Source of the DNA: Escherichia phage HermannAdler_Bas98
Reading direction: 5' to 3' (one strand)
Sequence record: PQ850608.1
Length of the DNA: 64,000 bases
Shown here: piece after piece, positions 57,933 to 64,000 of the stretch
Numbering within the stretch: position 1 is the stretch's first letter
Layout of the letters: every line of letters starts with the position of its first letter
Notes under the pieces: model-generated
The model's input: the letters and a program-made list of their open reading frames with translations, nothing else
What the model was told of the DNA's origin: nothing
Databases searched by the model: none
Program-made: the position numbers and the translations under genes

Positions 57933-58381
57933 TGGGTAACAAGCTTATCGCCGCTGGTTGGGCCATACCGAAGTGGGCTCATCGTGCGCACTACTTTGAT
58001 GAAGGAGAAGTGCAAAGCCTTTGCGGTCGCGCAACATACTTTGGTGATGAGCGCGTCAGCGGCGATTACATCGACTCGCTTTTAGGCAAAGGTGATTGCA
58101 AGAAATGTCAGGATATATTAAGAGATATTCTAACGCAAAAAGGACTGCTTGAGCTTGATGAGTCGGAGGAAGTAATAGAGCTTAAGCTTGAAGCCAATCA
58201 CCTTATTAATATGTTCAAGAATTATTACTCAACGAATATGCGCTCAAAGATGCGTGAGGAAGTAATAAAAGAGGTGCTCACTTACAATCCGTTAAGGATG
58301 AATAAAACTAAACTGAAGAAGTTTAATGCAATAGTAAGAAAGGAATTTAGACGGCTTGGAGTGAAGAATTTTATATTTTAA
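57929..58381 (+). CDS. Hypothetical protein
   Basis: 150-aa ORF followed by strong terminator. Confidence 0.45.
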   Translation: MMGNKLIAAGWAIPKWAHRAHYFDEGEVQSLCGRATYFGDERVSGDYIDSLLGKGDCKKCQDILRDILTQKGLLELDESEEVIELKLEANHLINMFKNYYSTNMRSKMREEVIKEVLTYNPLRMNKTKLKKFNAIVRKEFRRLGVKNFIF

Positions 58382-58396
58382 TTATGATTAATGTTA

Positions 58397-58422
58397 AGAG
58401 GGCCGATTGGCCCTTTTTATTT
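58397..58422 (+). terminator. Rho-independent terminator
   Basis: AGAGGGCCGATTGGCCCTTTTTATTTGCCTG: perfect GC stem plus U-run; same downstream TTTTTATTTGCCTG as at 55352. Confidence 0.7.
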
Positions 58423-58899
58423 GCCTGTGTAATGGGAGGCTTTTGTGGTTATTTACGATTCAAGGCTGTAATTTAAGAGAGCGAAAATATTATAATAATT
58501 TATCAAGATTATTGCATATTGTGGCAATCAACGTTTATACGTATTTATGACAGTTTAATCCACTAAATAATACGGATAGAACAGTGAGGAAAATACAGCG
58601 GTGTATTTTAGTGTAAATATTGAATCAAAAATAAATAATTATGGTGCTATTATATACGCAGATTGTTTGTAATTTATAGGATATTTTATCGTGGAGTATT
58701 GGCTAACGGTGCGTTAGCCGTGGGTCTTGGTGCTTGTGGTGTTGATGCTCAGAATTTTAATAATGTTTTTAGTTTTAGTAATCGTAGTCAATGATGATAC
58801 GTATAAGAAAATGAGAGTCACCCCTTCACAGGATATTGTACCGTGGCCCTGTGGTGCGCCGCGCCTGGGATTGCTGGTATACACTGGTGCTATTTTGCC

Positions 58900-59170
58900 G
58901 CGAAGGCAGTCATTCATACGTATCATGACGTATCATTGGGCTATTGATTTATAAGGAAAAATACGCTGATACGGATGATACGGGTGCAAACATAATATAT
59001 ATAGAATTCCAGAAAATTAATTAACTCCATTTTGAATTAATTTAAATTAATTTTTTTCTACATCCTCATACTTATACTAAACTTATATTCATACGTATCA
59101 TCCGTAAGATATAAGTAAAAACAAGGACTTGCGGCAATACGGATGATACGTCATGATACGCTTCGACCAG
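58900..59170. repeat. Iteron array flanking AT-rich spacer (copy B of a duplicated element)
   Basis: ACGTATCATGACGTATCAT, GATACGGATGATACG, CAATACGGATGATACGTCATGATACG around AT-rich core (AATTAATTAACTCCATTTTGAATTAATTTAAATTAATTTTTTT); collinear with 6580-6870. Confidence 0.7.
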
Positions 59171-59364
59171 CCAGCAGCGGCTAAGTCATTGATTTGCATA
59201 GCAAGCGGCGAAAGGGATGGATTTCTTTTATACGTATCAAACAGTACACCACGCACCACGGTCCGCAATCCTATTTGCAATATGATTTGTGTACGTTTAT
59301 AGCCATAATGAACATCAATCTGCACTTGAATATAATGTCCATCCATTGTATAATTCACACTATT

Positions 59365-60575
59365 AATTTGCACTATGGGATTTTGCACTATGAGTCAAGA
59401 TTATGTAGCGATGCCTGAAGACTTTGAAGACCCGCGATTCGCAGAGCACAATCAGGCTTTATTCGATGAGTTCATTGACCTTGTTATTCAGGGTCATGAC
59501 ATGCGCGCAGCTTTTGCACTAGTATTTGGAATGGAAGTTGCAACGGATAACTACACTGGCCAGCGAATCCTTTGCACGCAACGCAATCCATACTACAAGA
59601 TGCGCTTCAAAAAGCGTATGGAAGAGATGCCACTCAAGGATTTGTGGAGCGTAAAAGGTGCAATTCACAATTTGGTCAAGCTTGTGCGTGATCCAGAAGT
59701 CGCGGCGTCAGCCAAGCTTAATGCTATTCGTGAACTGAATATCATCTACGGCATCACGATGATTGATGAAAACGGCAATAGTAAAATGGGCCGTTCTATG
59801 GACGATTTCTACAAGGATTTTGGAGAGGCTGCCAAAGAAGGAGAGCAATTCTCCCGCCACTAGCCAATTTGCACTATAAAACGGCCCTAGAACACATGTT
59901 CTCCACTTCTAGGGCCATCGGTAATACGACGGGGAAGGTCGCACCCATAAACGCGTTAGAAAGTGTATTATTATAAGTCATCTTTTAGTCGCTTTACGTA
60001 ACAATTTACGACCTTCAACCGTCCAATCGAACGACTCCACCAGCAGATTCGCACTATAACCTAAGACGATGCGCCCTTTCTCGTTATCGACCCGCCAACA
60101 AGTCTCGAATAGCATTCGATTTGCACTATTAACTATTGCCGCAACGCGCGTAGGGTAAGCGCAATTTGCACTATGGTCGTAAAGGGATAAGGTGCGACCA
60201 CTTCCGATGGACAATGTAGCGATGAGAATAAGCGTATTCATAAGCCACCAATTTGCACTATGAAAAGCGACCCCGAAGGGCCGCCATTCGATTAGATAAT
60301 CTGGAAGGTGTAGGACTTGTTGCCGAACTCGAAGTTCAAGCGTCCAGCTTCTTTAAGCTTCATGCGGAAGCGAATGTGCTTGCTATCCGGTAATCCCAGC
60401 GCGGCGAAGGCTACGCGGACCGATTTGAACTCGCCTACACCCTCGACCATAACGCCGTTACGGGTGAGACGCTTTTGCGCCACTTCCTTATTATCCCAAC
60501 TTTTTGCAATACCTTCGCTATTCGAACGGCGATGGGAAGGAGTTCCATTTTGCACTACGCAATTTGCACTATCGT
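59365..60575 (+). repeat. Dispersed cluster of 11-bp motif ATTTGCACTAT (at least 8 copies, same orientation)
   Basis: Copies read near 59365, 59381, 59867, 60046 (ATTCGCACTAT variant), 60120, 60166, 60251, 60547 and 60559; several lie inside predicted minus-strand ORFs. Confidence 0.6.
59390..59863 (+). CDS. Hypothetical protein
   Basis: 157 aa from Met6 of track ORF; start codon overlaps an ATTTGCACTAT motif copy. Confidence 0.45.
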   Translation: MSQDYVAMPEDFEDPRFAEHNQALFDEFIDLVIQGHDMRAAFALVFGMEVATDNYTGQRILCTQRNPYYKMRFKKRMEEMPLKDLWSVKGAIHNLVKLVRDPEVAASAKLNAIRELNIIYGITMIDENGNSKMGRSMDDFYKDFGEAAKEGEQFSRH

Positions 60576-60918
60576 TTAAGCCGCTCTTAACGAAGGCTTC
60601 ATACTCTTCATCGCTCATCGCGTCGAGTTCTTCCTGGGTCGGCTCAGCCTTTTTAACGACCGCACGCGCCTTATGCGTTTTTACATCACTGGACACTTCC
60701 TCACGCGGCTTCGCGTCGGGAATGGGCGATTCGTTGGACGGCTCATCGAGCGCGTTTAAGGACTCGATTAACGCGATTACGCGAGTCTCGGCGGTCCGGC
60801 GGTCCGCAAATTTCTTAATCGGCTTCGAACCGGAATTTGCATTATAAAATGCAACGAGGTCGGCGGTCTTAGTTGCGATAACGTCGCCGCTAGTAGAAAA
60901 GCGATTTAAGCTAACCAT
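60292..60918 (-). CDS. Hypothetical protein
   Basis: 208-aa ORF in CpG-rich terminal segment; contains two motif copies on the opposite strand. Confidence 0.4.
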   Translation of the reverse strand: MVSLNRFSTSGDVIATKTADLVAFYNANSGSKPIKKFADRRTAETRVIALIESLNALDEPSNESPIPDAKPREEVSSDVKTHKARAVVKKAEPTQEELDAMSDEEYEAFVKSGLNDSANCVVQNGTPSHRRSNSEGIAKSWDNKEVAQKRLTRNGVMVEGVGEFKSVRVAFAALGLPDSKHIRFRMKLKEAGRLNFEFGNKSYTFQII

Positions 60919-60998
60919 AATAAACTCCTATTTGTTAGGGCGCTAGGCGCGAAAGAATTTTATTAAAGCGCCGCGCACGACGCTCTAAAAATCCTCTC

Positions 60999-61313
60999 TT
61001 ACTCTTCGTCGTCTTCGATTAATTCGAGGGCGAAGGCGTAAGCTTTGCTATCGTAATTAACTAAAACGGCGAGTTCGAACTCGTTAATAAACGCCGTTTT
61101 ACCGCATAAATTTAATTCCGCATCGACTTCGAAGAATCCGTTTTCGTCGCGCTCTAAGCGAGAAGCAGCGAGTTGCTCGATTACCGTCGCGTCGTTAATT
61201 TCTTCGCCTAAGCGAACGCCGGAGAATTTCGCGAGAATTTCGCCGTAAGTAAGCGTAACGCCCTGGACTTCGGCGGCGGCGTTTTCGAGGGTAAAGCGGG
61301 TAACGATAGCCAT
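60999..61313 (-). CDS. Small acidic hypothetical protein
   Basis: 104 aa, acidic with C-terminal EDDEE; good coding character. Confidence 0.45.
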   Translation of the reverse strand: MAIVTRFTLENAAAEVQGVTLTYGEILAKFSGVRLGEEINDATVIEQLAASRLERDENGFFEVDAELNLCGKTAFINEFELAVLVNYDSKAYAFALELIEDDEE

Positions 61314-61537
61314 AATAAACTCCTAGTTGGGAGAGGCGTTAACGACCTATTCGTTAACTCATCCCGTCCCGATATGAGTACATTATAATATAGTGTAGAA
61401 AAAAGTAAAGCACTTTTTCGATAAAAATGCGATAAATTATTTTATCTTTTTTCTTTACTTCTTCGTACACTCGCGTATACTTGTTTATATCGAGACGGGC
61501 GATGGCCCTTTCTTCTACTAGCATCGGGAGCTTTATT

Positions 61538-61840
61538 ATGACTACTTTAATCTCTTCCATCCTTACTTACGACGAAGACCGCTTAACCGTTCGCTCTCTT
61601 ATCGCCGCCGTTAACGCGGAACTAGAATCTAGCGCCATTAAGGTCCGCGCGGTCGCCTTCATCGGCCTTTCCTTCGACGATATGAAGTATGCCGAACGTA
61701 GCGCCATCCGCTTCGCGAAGACCGACGACGAAGCCGTTACCCTTATCGAGACGGTTACGCCGCGCGGCGAAGCGTTAATTATCGTCGAGTATATCGACGT
61801 AGAAGGCGATAAATCTTATAAACATTTTATCGCAGAATAA
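61538..61840 (+). CDS. Small acidic hypothetical protein
   Basis: About 100 aa from Met20 of track ORF; preceded by shared promoter-like element. Confidence 0.4.
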   Translation: MTTLISSILTYDEDRLTVRSLIAAVNAELESSAIKVRAVAFIGLSFDDMKYAERSAIRFAKTDDEAVTLIETVTPRGEALIIVEYIDVEGDKSYKHFIAE

Positions 61841-61852
61841 CGAAAAAAGTGC

Positions 61853-61881
61853 TTTACTTCTTCGTACACTAAGACTATAAT
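61853..61881 (+). promoter_or_regulatory. Sigma70-like promoter TTTACT-N17-TATAAT containing shared element CTTTACTTCTTCGTACACT
   Basis: -35 TTTACT 61853-61858, -10 TATAAT 61876-61881; the 19-nt element also occurs at 61452-61470 upstream of 61538 gene. Confidence 0.5.
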
Positions 61882-61948
61882 GTTTTATATCGAGAGGGGA
61901 TGAGGTAGCGAATAGGTCACTACCCTCCCGACTAACTAGGAGAATATT

Positions 61949-62239
61949 ATGATTACTTTAGCCGCTATCCGTTCCGCTCGCGTCGAAACTTCCGAAAACT
62001 CTAACGTATTTGGCGAAAAACTTAAAAACGTTTATCTCTTTAACGTAGATGCGACTATCGAGGAGCTTCACAGTCCTATCGATTTTAGCGAATTTACGGA
62101 ACTCGAAGAGGAAGATATTTCTACCTTCCGCGTTACTATCGAAGGCAAGGTTTATTTTGCTACGGAGTTCGGCGGCGAATATCTCGCGGTATCCGAAGGC
62201 GAAGGCCGTTACTCTTTCTTTAAAATCGTTTCCTTATAA
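61949..62239 (+). CDS. Small acidic hypothetical protein
   Basis: 96 aa, Glu-rich; RBS AGGAG before ATG; followed by terminator. Confidence 0.45.
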   Translation: MITLAAIRSARVETSENSNVFGEKLKNVYLFNVDATIEELHSPIDFSEFTELEEEDISTFRVTIEGKVYFATEFGGEYLAVSEGEGRYSFFKIVSL

Positions 62240-62257
62240 TACCCTTCCGTTACTAAT

Positions 62258-62286
62258 AGGCCGCGCTTAGTCGCGGCTTTTCTTCG
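62258..62286 (+). terminator. Rho-independent terminator
   Basis: GGCCGCGCTTAGTCGCGGC hairpin then TTTTCTT. Confidence 0.6.
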
Positions 62287-62937
62287 TCCCTATCTCGATG
62301 CGCTCCTACGCGAAAACTCCTTTATCCTTCCCTTCGTCGTCGCATAATCTTCTTCGAGATGCGTCTTAGTTCGCATAACAGGTATTACGTTAAATGGAGA
62401 ACATCGCGTAAGTCCTTGTTTTATATAGACACCTATATCGGACCGTTAGGGCGGGTCGCGTAAGTCGTTGTTTTATAAAGGCACAAAACTTTCCCTTCGT
62501 TCCGAACTAAAACGAGAAATATGCCGACCCTTCGCCCGAAAATAGTACGTATGCGAAATTACATTCATCTCGAATAATCCCTCCCGATATTATCCTACAC
62601 GCAATCATTCGCTTTCGAATCATTATGCTTCATATTATTATGCGTCGAATCATTCGCTTTCGAATTGTAACGCTGGAAACTGTAACGTCGATTGATTATT
62701 GCGTTCGTGTGGTTTTTATGGCATGGGTCTTTTGGTGCGTTTTGCTACTTGATGGAATTTGCGGTACACTAATCAAAATACGACACATTTGGTCCACTAA
62801 CTTTTCAAAGAAAAAGTCCTAGACAGTACCGTACTATTTTGTACCCACAGGAAATTTGCAGTACACTCCTGAGCGGCAGGCAAAATAAAGGGCCGCACTA
62901 AGCGACCCACGATTCACGGTTAAATCAGCAACACCCA

Positions 62938-63318
62938 CTATTCGCTCTTATGGGCATCACCAAAGCCATCCGCAATCTGGCTGATCAATGATTCAATGGA
63001 CACAGTTTTACCAATTGATCGAGCGGTAATAGCAAGCATATTATCAATCAAACCATGATTGGATGCATATGGTCCAGGTTTTGAATCATCTTCAGGACAA
63101 CCAAAAAGCTGGTCGCGCAAACTTTCGAGAGAACGCTCAATATTTTCCAGCTTCTCTTCTAAATCAGATTGGCGACGTAAAACCCATGTTAAGTCTCGGT
63201 TGCCGACTTCCAATCCATCGAAATCGCAAGCTGGAACGTCAATTTTAATACTTGGATTAAAAGCAGTACCGCTGCCTTTAGTATATTTGTGGTGATTGCG
63301 ATCAATAGTTTGTGACAT
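62938..63318 (-). CDS. Hypothetical protein
   Basis: 126 aa from Met23 of track ORF, behind RBS AAAGGT; C-terminal coiled-coil-like region. Confidence 0.45.
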   Translation of the reverse strand: MSQTIDRNHHKYTKGSGTAFNPSIKIDVPACDFDGLEVGNRDLTWVLRRQSDLEEKLENIERSLESLRDQLFGCPEDDSKPGPYASNHGLIDNMLAITARSIGKTVSIESLISQIADGFGDAHKSE

Positions 63319-63360
63319 ATCATTACCTTTAATATTTGGGTGATTAACAATAACTATAAT

Positions 63361-63380
63361 AAAGCCGCATAGCGCGGCAT
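63361..63380 (-). terminator. Hairpin terminator (minus strand)
   Basis: GCCGCATAGCGCGGC hairpin with T-rich run on minus strand. Confidence 0.45.
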
Positions 63381-63497
63381 TCAAATCGGTTTGTTAATTG
63401 TAACGATTGAATTTACTTATCCAACCAATCAATAAGCGCAATCATAGCAACAACAAATACTGCGCTGATTGCTAATATGATCAAGAACATCACAAAA

Positions 63498-63734
63498 TCA
63501 ACATTCATCAATCGATACCAATTGTGCAGGGTCGCCGGATACAGTTGCGCCGATGATACCCATATGAGAGAAAAATTCTGAATAAACTTCTTTCCAGTAC
63601 TTGCGCGCAGCTTTCTGGGCTTGCCCTTTGCGCTTGTAGCTTTTACCTTGGAAGATGAAGCGGTCGTTTGCTGCGTTATATTCCACCACACCTTCCAGCC
63701 ATTGTAAGAAAGCTACTGATTCATTTTGATTCAT
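63498..63734 (-). CDS. Hypothetical small protein
   Basis: 78-aa ORF. Confidence 0.4.
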   Translation of the reverse strand: MNQNESVAFLQWLEGVVEYNAANDRFIFQGKSYKRKGQAQKAARKYWKEVYSEFFSHMGIIGATVSGDPAQLVSIDEC

Positions 63735-63741
63735 GTTAACC

Positions 63742-63939
63742 TCAACAATCTAATAAGAAAATTTTTAACCAGCTTTCTGCAACCTCGCGGCCCGTAGCCA
63801 ATCGGTCGGTATTTTCCATTGGTCTGGATTTACCGCATGGCAATCCTTTCTGTAGTTGTGTCCCACTGCCAATTCTTATCCAAATTTCCCCATCCTTGTC
63901 GACGTAGGCTTGGCAACCCATAATATCAAGTCTACTCAT
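63742..63939 (-). CDS. Hypothetical small protein
   Basis: 65-aa ORF; upstream region runs off window. Confidence 0.35.
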   Translation of the reverse strand: MSRLDIMGCQAYVDKDGEIWIRIGSGTQLQKGLPCGKSRPMENTDRLATGREVAESWLKIFLLDC

Positions 63940-64000
63940 TAGGGTGTTAAAAACCTTGAGCCTTTCTTTGGCGATGTTGGCTGTTCCTCCATTTCTTGGA

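Noticed and set aside
58714-59418. Four overlapping short ORFs (both strands) inside the iteron/AT-rich region
   Set aside because: They overlap each other and the iteron repeats, with AT-rich low-complexity translation. Treated as non-coding.
59390-59863. Possible small terminase subunit
   Set aside because: General size and helical character are compatible, but it lies about 58 kb from the large terminase gene in this window, next to the motif cluster, and I could not identify a diagnostic motif. Left as hypothetical.
59978-60241. 87-aa minus-strand ORF from the six-frame track
   Set aside because: Contains three copies of the ATTTGCACTAT motif on the opposite strand within 260 bp. More likely a non-coding regulatory stretch than a gene.
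62625-62822. 65-aa plus-strand ORF
   Set aside because: Lies across duplicated non-coding repeat elements with no RBS. Probably spurious.
63413-63691. 92-aa minus-strand ORF with C-terminal transmembrane segment as a holin
   Set aside because: Overlaps 63498-63734 in another frame. Only an internal 31-aa peptide (MNVDFVMFLIILAISAVFVVAMIALIDWLDK) would be plausible, which is too uncertain to annotate.
1-64000. tRNA genes, CRISPR arrays, integrase or repressor (lysogeny) genes
   Set aside because: No cloverleaf-like T-arm signatures (GTTCGAATCC-type) spotted by eye, no regularly spaced repeat-spacer array, and no recognisable integrase or CI-like protein. A tRNA scan and profile search could still find what the eye missed.

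Overview
This window reads as a large section of a tailed dsDNA phage genome with a contractile-tail (myovirus-like) layout. No integrase or repressor was recognised, and GC content looks moderate (not computed). Four blocks are visible. (1) 1-28525, plus strand: packaging and morphogenesis (large terminase, portal, head morphogenesis, scaffold-like, major capsid, sheath-like, two paralogous tube-like proteins, transglycosylase-containing tape-measure-like protein, baseplate, two tail fibres, GH19-type endolysin), with sigma70-like promoters and hairpin terminators. (2) 28550-46427, minus strand: DNA metabolism (ATP-dependent DNA ligase, MazG-like, embedded Rz/Rz1 spanins, SSB-like, SNF2 helicase, VRR-NUC nuclease, DnaE-type Pol III alpha, DnaQ-like exonuclease, RecD/Dda-like helicase) interrupted by an unusual enzyme block (VOC-like, SDR reductase, HAD phosphatase, divergent ThyX-like, secreted protein, FAD oxidoreductase). 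(3) 46588-59863, plus strand: primase-like and VirE-like P-loop proteins followed by many small early-type ORFs including paralog pairs. (4) 59860-64000: a motif- and repeat-rich terminal region with small acidic proteins. The most notable non-coding signals are two diverged copies of an iteron/AT-rich element about 52 kb apart (near 6580-6870 and 58900-59170) and a clustered 11-bp motif ATTTGCACTAT (59360-60580). The best candidate for an undescribed system is the enzyme block at 38871-43783, which may be a nucleotide or DNA modification pathway; this is a hypothesis only. All functional calls come from reading motifs by eye, with no database searches run. Gene boundaries follow the supplied ORF track, with starts refined by residue offsets.
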